A stretch of 64,000 nt of DNA from an uncultured virus (IMG/VR IMGVR_UViG_3300024272_005753) (Duplodnaviria > Heunggongvirae > Uroviricota > Caudoviricetes): IMG/VR virus record IMGVR_UViG_3300024272_005753; one strand, given 5' to 3'. The notes under the pieces are model-generated. The model was given only the letters and a program-made list of their open reading frames with translations. It did no database searches and was not told the DNA's origin. Below are positions 1 to 10,376 of this stretch, in pieces. A program made the translations under genes and the position numbers. Position 1 is the first letter of the stretch, and the number at the start of each line of letters is the position of its first letter.

Positions 1-63
1 AAGGAGCTTGGAATGCTTCAGATGAAATTAAATGAACAGATGTTGCTTGAAAGCGGAAACTAA
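1..63 (+). CDS. 3' end of upstream gene (partial), possibly toxic anion resistance TelA-like
   Basis: Open frame KELGMLQMKLNEQMLLESGN*. The TelA guess rests only on the helical tail and the XpaC-like and SBP-like neighbours. Confidence 0.3.
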   Translation, partial: KELGMLQMKLNEQMLLESGN

Positions 64-85
64 ATTTAGAAAGGAGTAGAGTATT

Positions 86-1021
86 TTGATTGTTTGGGAT
101 AGAGACTCTCAATATAAAACAAAACTTTCTCCTGAGGAAAGAGAAGATATTGCACTAAATATTTCTACTCCAAGGAGTATTAAAAAGGTCCAAAAGTTAA
201 ACAATGTTATTAATTTTATTGTGCCTATTTTTGTATTTTGGATTTTTGGTTTTAATTTGATTGCTTTCGCTATTTCTTTTATTGTTTTTGATATTATTCT
301 TTGTTTTGTTGACCAAATGACATATGTGATTTTGCCTTATCATAGAAGTAAAAATATGTCTTTGGATGCGGTTCAAAAAAGAATAGATGAATTAAAAAAG
401 GAAAAAGATAAGATTTCTAAAGATTTAACCGAATTTAGGAAAACAGAATGTAGGGAATGCCGATATCATTACTATGATAACTGTACCGATTGCAAAGATG
501 TAAGATTGGCAGTGTCTGAAATTCGTACATTAAATCAGTTTATTAAATCAGAAGAGGCTTATTTAAACAAAGAGCTAGAAAAAATCAAAGAAAAAGAAGT
601 AGAAGCAAACAATAAAACGAGCAAAGATTATTCTGACAAAAAACAATATTTGATTGATATTAGGGATAAATTAAAATATTATAAGACAAAAAAAAATATG
701 GAATTTTTGGCGCCTATTTTAAAGTCTATTAAAGTTTTGATTTCGACTTTGGAGAAGAAACCAATTGGATATACTTTGGTTTCTAATACTTTGTATATTT
801 ATCTTGATGAATTACAAAAAATATTAGAAAAATTAATATCTTTAGATGATGAGAAGAAGGAAATTTATTTAAGAGATATTGAAAAAATATCCATTGCATT
901 AAGCGAAAATATAAACAACTTGATTAATCGTATATCTAAGTTGGAAACTGAAGATATTGAAGTCAGTATCACTGTTTTATTAAATGAATTAAATAGAGAA
1001 GGAGAAGAAAAGAATGTTTAA
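86..1021 (+). CDS. Membrane protein, XpaC-like (5-bromo-4-chloroindolyl phosphate hydrolysis family), with Cys-rich insert
   Basis: RBS AAGGAG. Two N-terminal TM helices, coiled coil, CRECR...CTDC, and C-terminal LYIYLDEL...EDIEVSITVLLNEL resembling XpaC. Confidence 0.5.
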   Translation: MIVWDRDSQYKTKLSPEEREDIALNISTPRSIKKVQKLNNVINFIVPIFVFWIFGFNLIAFAISFIVFDIILCFVDQMTYVILPYHRSKNMSLDAVQKRIDELKKEKDKISKDLTEFRKTECRECRYHYYDNCTDCKDVRLAVSEIRTLNQFIKSEEAYLNKELEKIKEKEVEANNKTSKDYSDKKQYLIDIRDKLKYYKTKKNMEFLAPILKSIKVLISTLEKKPIGYTLVSNTLYIYLDELQKILEKLISLDDEKKEIYLRDIEKISIALSENINNLINRISKLETEDIEVSITVLLNELNREGEEKNV

Positions 1022-1952
1022 AGGACGAATCGGTATATGGATTAGTGTTCTTCTTTGTTGTTCTTTAATTACTGGATTAATTAAATGGGTACCTACTTGG
1101 TTCCAAGAATATGAAACAACCATTTCTATTGAAATTGATAAGGATGGAGATTTTAACGAACAAATATCTGACAAGCTTTTTGGGGATTTTAAAATGAGAA
1201 CCAGAAATTCTGGCGGGGATATTATTATTAGTGATAAGGGTAAAGATTTTGACGGCTATACAAAATATGAAAATATGCTGTATTCCCCTATTGTTATGTA
1301 TGTTGTAGCAGATATTTATGACCATCCCGATGGGTTTATTAAGGTTTCTAATAATTCCAACGCTTTTAAGGCTGACCTTTACAGTATTTTGGTAGGAATT
1401 GAAGACGGCAAAGAATGGAAGGACCTTGGAGTAAGTAATAAAATTGCAAAGGGTCCAGTAACCCTTTATATTCCAAATGAACAAAGTGGATATTATGACG
1501 ATGTAATTGATTTGTTTTATCTAACACTTAATAATGGGAATATTCCTTCAGAGGACGAAAAAGCGAATTTGGCAAATAGAGTTAATAACATCGTTTCTAA
1601 ATGCACTAAAGTTGTAGATATAACTCAGTCGGTTTATGATGAATTTAAAAACCCATCTACCAATCACAAGATATTTATTGGTCCCGAATTTTTATATCAG
1701 AGAGGTTCTGAAAGCTCTATGAGCAGAAATTATGACGATTCTTTTCAAATTGTCTATTTAACGAAGACCATTACTTTATACGCTGATATGTTTATTAAGG
1801 ACATGCAGACTGAGGAAGAAATAGATACTAGTTCGTTTATCGATGAAATTCAAGAAAACGGTAAATTTATGGATGTTACTGGTTGGAGAGTGCAGGATTC
1901 TACCTTTGATGTATCTGGTATAAGCTATGTTTATATAAAAGAACCGAATTAA
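1014..1952 (+). CDS. Membrane-anchored extracellular solute-binding-like protein
   Basis: N-terminal hydrophobic anchor. YSPIVMYV, WKDLG and PNEQSG resemble the SBP domains found in TelA/XpaC operons. Confidence 0.45.
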   Translation: MFKGRIGIWISVLLCCSLITGLIKWVPTWFQEYETTISIEIDKDGDFNEQISDKLFGDFKMRTRNSGGDIIISDKGKDFDGYTKYENMLYSPIVMYVVADIYDHPDGFIKVSNNSNAFKADLYSILVGIEDGKEWKDLGVSNKIAKGPVTLYIPNEQSGYYDDVIDLFYLTLNNGNIPSEDEKANLANRVNNIVSKCTKVVDITQSVYDEFKNPSTNHKIFIGPEFLYQRGSESSMSRNYDDSFQIVYLTKTITLYADMFIKDMQTEEEIDTSSFIDEIQENGKFMDVTGWRVQDSTFDVSGISYVYIKEPN

Positions 1953-1957
1953 AAAGG

Positions 1958-1988
1958 AAAAACTCGCTTCTTGGGAAGCGAGTTTTTT
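1958..1988. terminator. Bidirectional intrinsic terminator
   Basis: AAAAACTCGCTTC-ttgg-GAAGCGAGTTTTT between convergent genes. Confidence 0.85.
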
Positions 1989-1993
1989 GTTGC

Positions 1994-2935
1994 TTAATAG
2001 TAGAACATATCGTCATGGTGTCCGACAGTCTTTTCGCCACTGGAAGTCTCCTTATAGGCGACATTGTCCAAACTATCCATGAGTCGAGTGCACTGGCTAT
2101 CAACCATGTCAATCAGGTGCACAATATAGGCGTAGATGGTCTTAGCCTTTTCTTCGTACACGTGATGATGGCCACGGATTACTGAAAGCAGACGATAGAA
2201 AAAATCCTCATCATACAGAGATAGGATGTATTCCTTATTGTTGTACAGCAATTCGCAGCCCAGCTCACGGTGAGAAATGAAGCTGTTCTTGACGTATTGA
2301 CCCATATACAACTCGTCAATCTTACCCATGTCATGGAAGATGATGCCAGTATAAATGAGGTCCGAGAAAGGAATGAATCGAGGGTCATTCTCAATCATGG
2401 TCTTCGCCAGGCGCAACATTTTGACCGTGTGGTTAATTAGACCAGAAGGACAAGCGTCGTGCATACCCTTTGCGGCAAACTCAGTGCAGAAGCGTTCTCG
2501 AGTGTTACCAGTAATGATGTGGTTTACTAGCTCCTGAGCCTTCGCAGAAAGCACCGTCTTGACGAAGGTATCAAATTCTGCCTCAAGCTTGATTCTGTCG
2601 TGGCCAAGCAGAAAATCTGCAGGGCAATAACCGAAAATATCAGGTTCGATTTTATCCACAACAACACTGGCGGTATTGTTCCAAGTATCGATGGTACCAG
2701 CAATGCTGATAACCTTCTTGTCAGCCATGGACTTAAATTCCTCGATATGGTCGCTCCAAACCTTGAAAGGGAGAATCACTCCCTGGTCAGAGAACTGACC
2801 ACTGATAAATTGCTTGCCTGTAGAACCTGCCTTGATATCGAAGTTGTGGATATATACCACACCAGAAACCTTGGAGCCCTTCACAAGCTTGTTGTCTGCC
2901 ACCTGCTCGATGGTATCCTTAATGTTCATTTTCAT
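1994..2935 (-). CDS. YhaM/Cbf1-like OB-fold + HD-domain 3'-5' exonuclease
   Basis: OB-fold N-terminus; MHDA, GLINHT, FHDMGK, SH, GHHH and HLIDMVD motifs. Start chosen at the ATG after GGAAGGAG. Confidence 0.8.
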   Translation of the reverse strand: MKMNIKDTIEQVADNKLVKGSKVSGVVYIHNFDIKAGSTGKQFISGQFSDQGVILPFKVWSDHIEEFKSMADKKVISIAGTIDTWNNTASVVVDKIEPDIFGYCPADFLLGHDRIKLEAEFDTFVKTVLSAKAQELVNHIITGNTRERFCTEFAAKGMHDACPSGLINHTVKMLRLAKTMIENDPRFIPFSDLIYTGIIFHDMGKIDELYMGQYVKNSFISHRELGCELLYNNKEYILSLYDEDFFYRLLSVIRGHHHVYEEKAKTIYAYIVHLIDMVDSQCTRLMDSLDNVAYKETSSGEKTVGHHDDMFYY

Positions 2936-3045
2936 ATTAAATTTCTCCTTCCATATATGTCTTTCCGACCATTTTGATTTGTTACTGAACATATTAAATT
3001 TTATGTTTTTTTTATTGAATATATAATACTAGAAATTTATTTCTA

Positions 3046-3074
3046 TTGATGTAAATGCCTAAATATGATATAAT
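3046..3074 (+). promoter_or_regulatory. sigmaA-type promoter with extended -10
   Basis: TTGATG-17 nt-TATAAT with TG (aaatatgaTATAAT). Confidence 0.7.
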
Positions 3075-3100
3075 ATATATGATAAAAGGAGGTGTTAAAA

Positions 3101-3793
3101 ATGAAGTATATTATTAGTGATATACACGGTGAATATCAAATGTTCTTAAAAATGTTAGAGAAAATAAATTTTTCTAACAGTGATACTTTATATATATTGG
3201 GTGATGTTGTTGACAGGGGACCAGAACCTATAAAGGTTTTGCAATATATAATTGATAAGCCTAATATTATTTTAATTAGGGGTAATCATGAACAAATGAT
3301 GTTGGACGCCATTTGTTTGTCTAAAGACAAAAAAGAATATGTATCTACTATTAATTCTAGGCTGTGGATGAGAAATGGTGGATTTGTTACGGTCGACCAA
3401 TTTTTGAATTTGCCATTCGAGGAACAGAAAAAGATTTATAAGTACATTGGAGGTACAGAATTATTTAAAATTGTTGATAAAAATTTATTGGTTCATGCAG
3501 GAATTCCAATGTATAAGTTTGATTATAAAGATGATGAGGAATTATCGCTGGCGATGAAAAAAGCAAATAAAGATTATTTGCTTTGGGATAGAGATATGGT
3601 ATATAATGATGAATTTTTTTTAGATAATTATCATATTTATATTGGGCATACACCAACACTTAAGTTACATGATACTAATAAAATATATAAGACAATGGGG
3701 TTCACACTTATTGATGGGGGAGCATGCTTTGCTCCTGGAGTATTAATATGTGTGTGTCTTGATAACAATAATGTTTATTATCAAGAAAAATAA
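3101..3793 (+). CDS. Ser/Thr protein phosphatase-like metallophosphoesterase (calcineurin-like)
   Basis: DIHG, GDVVDRG, GNHE, HAG and GHTPT motifs; RBS AAGGAGG. Confidence 0.9.
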   Translation: MKYIISDIHGEYQMFLKMLEKINFSNSDTLYILGDVVDRGPEPIKVLQYIIDKPNIILIRGNHEQMMLDAICLSKDKKEYVSTINSRLWMRNGGFVTVDQFLNLPFEEQKKIYKYIGGTELFKIVDKNLLVHAGIPMYKFDYKDDEELSLAMKKANKDYLLWDRDMVYNDEFFLDNYHIYIGHTPTLKLHDTNKIYKTMGFTLIDGGACFAPGVLICVCLDNNNVYYQEK

Positions 3794-3987
3794 CATATAG
3801 TTATTATTATTTTGTAAATAATTAACTATTTATATAAGTATTTTTTATACAATTTATACATATATAATTATTAGATAAGACATTTTTTATCTTTACTTAT
3901 CTTTTTATATGTGTATAATATAATTGTATCAAAAAATGATACCATTTTAAAAATTTAGATTTATTTTTTTTAAAGGAGCGAATTAAA

Positions 3988-4926
3988 ATGAATAAGAAAA
4001 TTACTTCAGCATTAGTATTAACTATGGCCGCAACAATGTCTCTTGGACTTGTTGGATGCGGTAATAAGACAGAGGAAAAGCCCCCTGTGGATAATCCTCC
4101 TGTAGTAGAGGACCAGAACACTCCTTCTACACCAGAAGTTGAAACTCCTGGTACGGAAACTCCTGACGTTGAAACCCCTGAGGTAGTAAGCGTTTCTATG
4201 GATGATGTAGTTAATACTTTGAAGAACACTTACGGTGAGAGATATCTTCCTAGCATGCCTCTTGACCAGGACACCTTCAACATGATGGTTGGTCTAACTT
4301 CTGACATGTACAGCGAATTCTATGCAGAAATGCCTATGATGAGCACTCATGCTGATAGACTTTTCATCGTTAAGACTGACAAGGTAGACGATGTTAAGGC
4401 AGTATTTGATACTTATAAGCAGAGTCTAATTGATGACACTATGCAGTATCCTATGAATATTGCCAAGATTGAAAACTCTGAGGTTTATGTAAAGAATGAT
4501 TATGTAATGTTCTTTATGCTTGGTGGTTATACCGATGAGGAGCCTGCTGGCGCTGAAAACATGACTCCTGAACAGGTTGAAGAAGCTGTTGAAGCTATGC
4601 AGACTGCATATTATGTTGAACAAATGGGTTATGGTTTAAATGCTCTTGATAAGCTATTCCTTGACGGTATAGTTCCTGAGCCTACTGCACCCGAAGTTAC
4701 AGATGAAACCGTTACAGACGAAACTGTTACTGAGGAGAATACCGAAGTGGCAGAAGGAGAAGATGTCAATACTGCTGAACCAGTAGCTGACGTTGTCGAT
4801 GAAACTTCCACTGAAGTTGATGGCACCGTTACCGATGGTGAACCTACTGAAGGTTCCGAAGAGAATACTACTGAAGAAGCATCTGATGTAGAAACTCCTG
4901 CTGAAGAAGTAACTGCTAACAACTAA
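3988..4926 (+). CDS. DUF4358-like lipoprotein with acidic low-complexity termini
   Basis: Lipobox LVGC; QYPMNIAKIENSEVYVKNDYVMF; ETP and VTDET repeats; lies upstream of MBOAT and DHHW genes. Confidence 0.65.
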   Translation: MNKKITSALVLTMAATMSLGLVGCGNKTEEKPPVDNPPVVEDQNTPSTPEVETPGTETPDVETPEVVSVSMDDVVNTLKNTYGERYLPSMPLDQDTFNMMVGLTSDMYSEFYAEMPMMSTHADRLFIVKTDKVDDVKAVFDTYKQSLIDDTMQYPMNIAKIENSEVYVKNDYVMFFMLGGYTDEEPAGAENMTPEQVEEAVEAMQTAYYVEQMGYGLNALDKLFLDGIVPEPTAPEVTDETVTDETVTEENTEVAEGEDVNTAEPVADVVDETSTEVDGTVTDGEPTEGSEENTTEEASDVETPAEEVTANN

Positions 4927-5005
4927 TTAAATTTAGTGGAAGGTTAACAAGAAACCTTCCACTATTTTTTTGTCTAAAATAAAATTTAAAGAGGTGAAAA
5001 GAAAC

Positions 5006-6415
5006 ATGGTTTTCAGTAGTCTCGTATTTTTATTTAGGTTCTTGCCTTTGTTTTTGCTTTGCTATTTTCTCGTTCCTGAGAAATATATAAAAACTAGAAA
5101 TTTAGTTTTGTTCTTATTTAGTTTAGTCTTTTATGCTTGGGGAGAGCCTATATATATATGCTTAATGATATTCTCAACGGTATTTGACTATATAAACGGG
5201 TTACTGATTGAGAAATTTGGAGCGGGCTCTAAGAACTCTAAAATGGTATTGATTGTCTCGTTAATAGGGAATTTGGGGTTATTAGGGGTTTTTAAATATA
5301 CAGACTTTATATTATCATCAATAAATTCCGTATTGGGGACATCTATTCCTATGGTTGGATTAGCTCTACCCATTGGCATTTCATTCTATACATTCCAAAC
5401 TTTATCCTATACGATAGATGTTTATCGAGGTGTAGTACCTGCTCAACATAATATTATAAGTTTTGGTGCTTATGTTGCAATGTTTCCTCAGTTAATTGCT
5501 GGTCCGATTGTTCAATTTAAAACGGTTGCAAAGGAACTCAATGAAAGAAAACATACTTGGGATAATTTTTATGTTGGAGTACGTAGATTTTGTATTGGGT
5601 TTACTAAAAAAGCGCTATTAGCCAATAATATTGGCTTTATATGGAGCGAAATATTGAAAAATTATCAAGAGGCTTCCATATTGACTTTATGGCTGGGCAT
5701 AGTTTGTTTTGCATTACAAATTTACTTCGACTTTAGTGGATATAGTGATATGGCTATTGGGCTTGGTAAAATGTGTGGGTTTACATTTCTTGAGAACTTT
5801 AATTATCCATACGTATCAAAGAGTATTACTGAGTTCTGGCGTCGTTGGCATATCAGTTTAGGCAGTTGGTTTAGAGATAATGTGTATATTCCTCTGGGAG
5901 GGAATAGAAAAGGTTATAAGAGGCAGATTTTAAATCTTGCTATTGTATGGTTATTAACTGGTTTTTGGCATGGCGCAAATTGGAATTATGTCTTGTGGGG
6001 TATATATTACGGAGCGCTTATAATTATCGAAAAGGTATTTTTGTTAAAAAAACTAGAAAAAATGCCAGCGATAATTAGTCATATATATACATTGTTTATA
6101 GTTCTTATCGGGTGGGCATTATTTGCGATTGAAGACTTTTCTATATTGGGTAATTATATGGCTGGTATGTTTGGTGCTAGTGGGTTAGCATTTATTGATA
6201 ATCAGTTCGTATATTATTTGCAAAATTATGGGATTTTGTTAATAATCGGAATGCTTGCTAGTATTGAAGTTTTTAAAATTAAAGAAACACAACTAAAACA
6301 AAAACACATTTGGATTGAAAATCTTGAAAACGTCGCAATTATTGCAATGTTTGTTATTAGTTTGGCAATGATTGTAAGTTCTACTTACAATCCATTCTTG
6401 TACTTTAGATTCTAA
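5006..6415 (+). CDS. MBOAT family O-acyltransferase (AlgI/DltB-like)
   Basis: LPIGISFYTFQ, FPQLIAGPI, YFDFSGYSDMAIG, FWRRWHISL, GFWHGA and NPFLYFRF motifs. Confidence 0.92.
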   Translation: MVFSSLVFLFRFLPLFLLCYFLVPEKYIKTRNLVLFLFSLVFYAWGEPIYICLMIFSTVFDYINGLLIEKFGAGSKNSKMVLIVSLIGNLGLLGVFKYTDFILSSINSVLGTSIPMVGLALPIGISFYTFQTLSYTIDVYRGVVPAQHNIISFGAYVAMFPQLIAGPIVQFKTVAKELNERKHTWDNFYVGVRRFCIGFTKKALLANNIGFIWSEILKNYQEASILTLWLGIVCFALQIYFDFSGYSDMAIGLGKMCGFTFLENFNYPYVSKSITEFWRRWHISLGSWFRDNVYIPLGGNRKGYKRQILNLAIVWLLTGFWHGANWNYVLWGIYYGALIIIEKVFLLKKLEKMPAIISHIYTLFIVLIGWALFAIEDFSILGNYMAGMFGASGLAFIDNQFVYYLQNYGILLIIGMLASIEVFKIKETQLKQKHIWIENLENVAIIAMFVISLAMIVSSTYNPFLYFRF

Positions 6416-6430
6416 AAGGGGGGATATAAG

Positions 6431-7549
6431 ATGAAGCAAAAAATAGTTAGTTCATTGTTCTTGTTTGTGGTATTTGGATTTTTCATTGTTAGTTTTATTA
6501 TCCCTGATAAAGATTTTTCATATAACGAAAACAGAGAATTAGCTCAGAAACCTGAATTAAGTATTGAAAATATTTTCAGCGGAAAGTTTATGGAAGAATT
6601 TGAAAGTTATGTAACTGACCAAGTATATTTGAGAGATGAGTTTGTTACATTTAGTACAAATATTAAATTATTACTTGGGCAAAAAGAAATTAATGGGGTT
6701 TATTTTTCCAACAATTATTTTGTTGAAAAATTTCAAGAAACTGATATTGATATCGAATTATTAAATAAATCCAAAGAATTTATTTCTACATTTTTGAAAA
6801 ATCATTCCAATGCTAAAATTGCAATTATTCCTACCGCTGGTGGGGTAGTAGATGGATTGTATCCAAAATATTCAAACAACGTAAATCAAGAAGAATTAAT
6901 AAAAGAAATTTATAATTCTGTTGGTTCTGCTCAGAGCATTGACATCTTTGAATATTTAAAAAATCATCAAGAAGAAAACATATATTACAGGACGGACCAC
7001 CATTGGACAACGTTGGGGGCATATTACGGCTATGAGGCTATTATGGATGCTTTTGGCATGGAGATTATAGGGTTAGATAAATACAACAAAGAAGTCGTAG
7101 ATAATAAATTTCAGGGGACTATACAATCTAAAGTGAATTATGATATTGGTTATGATGAGATTATCAAATATGTTCCCACTTTTGAAGTAGATTATTTAAT
7201 GACTTTGAATGAAGACAAGAGTACTGAAACAAATTCTTTGTATGATGAAAAGAAATTAACTAGCAAGGAGAAATATGCAGTATTTCTTGGTGGAAACAAC
7301 GCTGCAACCAGGATAAAAAATGCATCGGTTGAGAACAATAAAAAAATATTAATTATTAAGGATTCTTATAGTCATTGTATGACACCTTTTATTGTCAATA
7401 ATTATTCGGAAGTGCTTCTATTAGATATGCGATATTTTATGGGAGGCATAGATACTTTCCTTAATGGCGAAGAATTTGATGATATTTTAATTATGTATAA
7501 TTTAAAGAACCTAGTAGAAGATAGAAATTTAATTCGATTGAATAAATAA
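6431..7549 (+). CDS. DHHW family (AlgJ/AlgX-like) O-acetylation partner
   Basis: ENRELA, YYRTDHHWT and IIKDSY motifs; N-terminal anchor; directly follows the MBOAT gene. Confidence 0.85.
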   Translation: MKQKIVSSLFLFVVFGFFIVSFIIPDKDFSYNENRELAQKPELSIENIFSGKFMEEFESYVTDQVYLRDEFVTFSTNIKLLLGQKEINGVYFSNNYFVEKFQETDIDIELLNKSKEFISTFLKNHSNAKIAIIPTAGGVVDGLYPKYSNNVNQEELIKEIYNSVGSAQSIDIFEYLKNHQEENIYYRTDHHWTTLGAYYGYEAIMDAFGMEIIGLDKYNKEVVDNKFQGTIQSKVNYDIGYDEIIKYVPTFEVDYLMTLNEDKSTETNSLYDEKKLTSKEKYAVFLGGNNAATRIKNASVENNKKILIIKDSYSHCMTPFIVNNYSEVLLLDMRYFMGGIDTFLNGEEFDDILIMYNLKNLVEDRNLIRLNK

Positions 7550-7550
7550 C

Positions 7551-7582
7551 AAAAAAGCCATTGGATATCCAATGGCTTTTTT
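7551..7582. terminator. Bidirectional intrinsic terminator
   Basis: Palindrome AAAAAGCCATTGGATATCCAATGGCTTTTT. Confidence 0.85.
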
Positions 7583-7583
7583 G

Positions 7584-8237
7584 TTATTTTGTTGTTGTAT
7601 AGCACCAGCTTTGTGGAGCCTTTTTAATTGGTTCGTTTTGTGCATTTAAAAATTCAGTAATTGGAACTGGAGTTTTGAATTGTACTGGCGAGGAAACTTC
7701 GAAAACATAAGAATAATGACTTTCACAGCAATCATTGTAATAACCAATGTTTTCTAGCCAACTATCACATTCGCTAATTATTTTTTCTGAATTTTTCTTA
7801 TTCTTTATAAAGGTTTTATCCATATATTCTTTTATTCCAAGCTCTGGCATATCATGGTTTTTCTCCATATAATCGAGAACCTCTGAACAATACATATATG
7901 AGTAGACAATATCCTGATAATGATGGTCCATTACAATATTTGCACATTTGTTTATTAGTTTGTAAAGTTCTTCGTCCTTTTTTATTTCTTTTGCCCAATA
8001 TTCTATAAAAGAAGTATATCCACATCGACCACATTTAGGAATTTTATATGCGTTTTTTAATGTGAAGTATCCTACGACCATTTTCTTCCCAAGATTTCGA
8101 TATGTTTCATAAATAAAAATCTTATCTCCTGGGTTTAAGTTTTTAGGTAAGCTGTTTCTAAATTCTAATGTTTTTTCACCTGAAAATATTTTATTTGCCC
8201 AAACATTATGAATTGAAATTATAATATTCATAGACAT
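7584..8237 (-). CDS. ASCH/PUA-domain protein
   Basis: IISIHNVWANKIFSGEKTLEFR, IFIYET and terminal APQSWCY motifs. Confidence 0.75.
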   Translation of the reverse strand: MSMNIIISIHNVWANKIFSGEKTLEFRNSLPKNLNPGDKIFIYETYRNLGKKMVVGYFTLKNAYKIPKCGRCGYTSFIEYWAKEIKKDEELYKLINKCANIVMDHHYQDIVYSYMYCSEVLDYMEKNHDMPELGIKEYMDKTFIKNKKNSEKIISECDSWLENIGYYNDCCESHYSYVFEVSSPVQFKTPVPITEFLNAQNEPIKKAPQSWCYTTTK

Positions 8238-8331
8238 TTTTTCCTTTCCTATTAACATTTATGATTGTTTTGCTCTATTATTTTTTTGTGATAAAAAATC
8301 CCGACTGCGAAAAGCAGTCGGGATTGTGTTT

Positions 8332-10164
8332 TTATTCAATCGCTGCACAATCACTAACGACGGTATCGAAACTATTTTCGATTATTTCGCCATTAATTAG
8401 GGCATCAAGCTCCGCACCATCAATGCTCTCTTTTTCAATTAAGCGGTTTGCAATGCGCTCAAGGGTGGATTCATTTGCTTTTAATAGGTCGATTGTCTCT
8501 TGATATAAGGTGGTAGCCATTCTAGAAGCTTCTGAAAGAATATCTTTGTCCGTATTTTCAAATTGGTCAAGAGCTAACATACCATTATCACCCATACCAT
8601 AAGTACCGATATAGTCCTTAATTAAGTTGGTAGCCTGCTTAATATCCTGGCTTGCGCCCGTAGTAATTTCGTCATCATCCTTTAAAAGGATATATTCAGC
8701 AGCACGACCTGCGTACATAACCTTTATTAAGTTGCGCAGGTATTTCTTACTTTGGACAGCTTTTTCCTTGGGGCTTCTAAAAGTGACTCCACCTGCTCCA
8801 GATGTGGAACCAACGATTGTTACAGAAGGAACATCGTCATCAGTTAGTAGCTTTGTGGCTAAAGCATGACCAGATTCGTGATATGCAATCAGGCGATTTT
8901 CTGCAGAATCACGCTTGCTTTGCTTCTTGTTACCACGCATGACAATCTGGAAAAAGGCATCTTCTATGTGCTCGGAAGAAATAACTTTTGCTTTCTTGCT
9001 AATAGCAATAAGTGCAGATTCATTAAGAAGACCTTCCAGTTCAGCGCCACTAAATCCCATGGTTTTATCAGATAGATTGTGTAGGTCAACACCGCTATCA
9101 AGCTTTTTATTTTTCGCATGACGAGCAAGAATTTCATATCTTCCCTGTTTGTCAGGTAGAGGAACGGCTAGCTGCTTATCGAAACGACCAGGACGAATTA
9201 GAGCGCTATCCAACATGTCTAGGCGGTTCGTGGCACAAATGGTCAGAATGCCTTCCTTGCCTTTAAAACCGTCTAGCTCAGTTAGTAAAGCGTTGATAGT
9301 CTGGTCTCGTTCGCTATTCTGAGATAGACCACGCTTACCACCAATAGCATCAATTTCGTCGATAAAAACAATACAAGGAGCGATTTTGCGAGCCTGAGCG
9401 TATAGATTACGAATACGCTGAGCGCCAACACCGACATACATTTCAATAAAGTCGGAGCCGCTTGCACTTAAGAATGGTACTCCAGCACTTCCAGCAATGG
9501 CCTTGGCAATTAGAGTCTTACCAGTTCCAGGAGGGCCATATAGAACGATACCCTTAGGCATTCTAGCACCCATTTCAGTAAGTAGGGATGGATTCTTTAG
9601 ACATTCAATATCGTTTTGAACACTAGCCTTTAATTCATCGCAACCGCTTACATCGTCAAATGTTACATTTGGCTTTTCGGCAACAACTGCACCATTATTG
9701 GTCCCTCCTCGTTCTTTCTGCTGTAGCATGTCAATGTTCTTCATTGCAGAATCGGTCATTTTGCCAAGACCTGCCATAATAATGGCGGTTACAAGACCAA
9801 ACGCACCAAGCACAAGAAGCACAACAGTTAATGGAGACATACCACTGGAAGAGGTAATGACCTGTTCAACTTCGGCTAGTTCATTAAGTTCAAGAAGAGG
9901 GGTTAATTCTTCATTATATTCTAAAACCTTATAATGGCCTGCTTCAGTTTTGTAATAAGCAGTAGAACCATCAATTACAACTTTAATAACTTCTCCATTA
10001 TTTACCTGGCTCAGAAGAGTTTCATTAGTAACAGATTCGTACTTGACAAAAGGTTCTGGCGTTACTGCAAAATGGTTAAATGCAGAGTTAATAAGGAATG
10101 TCAAACAAATGGTGATAGTTAAAAAAGTAATTAGAGATACACCCGTGTTTTTATTAGTTTGCAT
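8332..10164 (-). CDS. ftsH: ATP-dependent zinc metalloprotease FtsH
   Basis: Two TM helices; Walker A GPPGTGKT; Walker B IVFIDEID; SRH motif ALIRPGRFD; HESGH zinc motif. ATG follows GAGGAGG. Confidence 0.93.
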   Translation of the reverse strand: MQTNKNTGVSLITFLTITICLTFLINSAFNHFAVTPEPFVKYESVTNETLLSQVNNGEVIKVVIDGSTAYYKTEAGHYKVLEYNEELTPLLELNELAEVEQVITSSSGMSPLTVVLLVLGAFGLVTAIIMAGLGKMTDSAMKNIDMLQQKERGGTNNGAVVAEKPNVTFDDVSGCDELKASVQNDIECLKNPSLLTEMGARMPKGIVLYGPPGTGKTLIAKAIAGSAGVPFLSASGSDFIEMYVGVGAQRIRNLYAQARKIAPCIVFIDEIDAIGGKRGLSQNSERDQTINALLTELDGFKGKEGILTICATNRLDMLDSALIRPGRFDKQLAVPLPDKQGRYEILARHAKNKKLDSGVDLHNLSDKTMGFSGAELEGLLNESALIAISKKAKVISSEHIEDAFFQIVMRGNKKQSKRDSAENRLIAYHESGHALATKLLTDDDVPSVTIVGSTSGAGGVTFRSPKEKAVQSKKYLRNLIKVMYAGRAAEYILLKDDDEITTGASQDIKQATNLIKDYIGTYGMGDNGMLALDQFENTDKDILSEASRMATTLYQETIDLLKANESTLERIANRLIEKESIDGAELDALINGEIIENSFDTVVSDCAAIE

Positions 10165-10192
10165 GTTAATCCTCCTCAAATAATCTAAATAT

Positions 10193-10221
10193 ATAATAAC
10201 ATATTTTTGATAAAATATCAA
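10193..10221 (-). promoter_or_regulatory. sigmaA-type promoter of ftsH
   Basis: Minus strand TTGATA-17-TATTAT with aaaatatgt extension. Confidence 0.7.
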
Positions 10222-10376
10222 GGTTTGTGCAAATATTTCTTTAGATATTTTATGAAAAATAAAAAGTAGTAATTCGTCGTTTTTGCATATAGACAAATTA
10301 GAAAAAATATGATATAATATAAATAGAAATAAAAAATTTCTAACAATTAAATACCGTTATAGAAAGGTGGAATTTT

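Noticed and set aside
4120..4740. Short tandem DNA repeats (GAAACTCCTG; GTTACAGAYGAAAC)
   Set aside because: They encode low-complexity ETP and VTDET linkers of a lipoprotein and are not a separate element.
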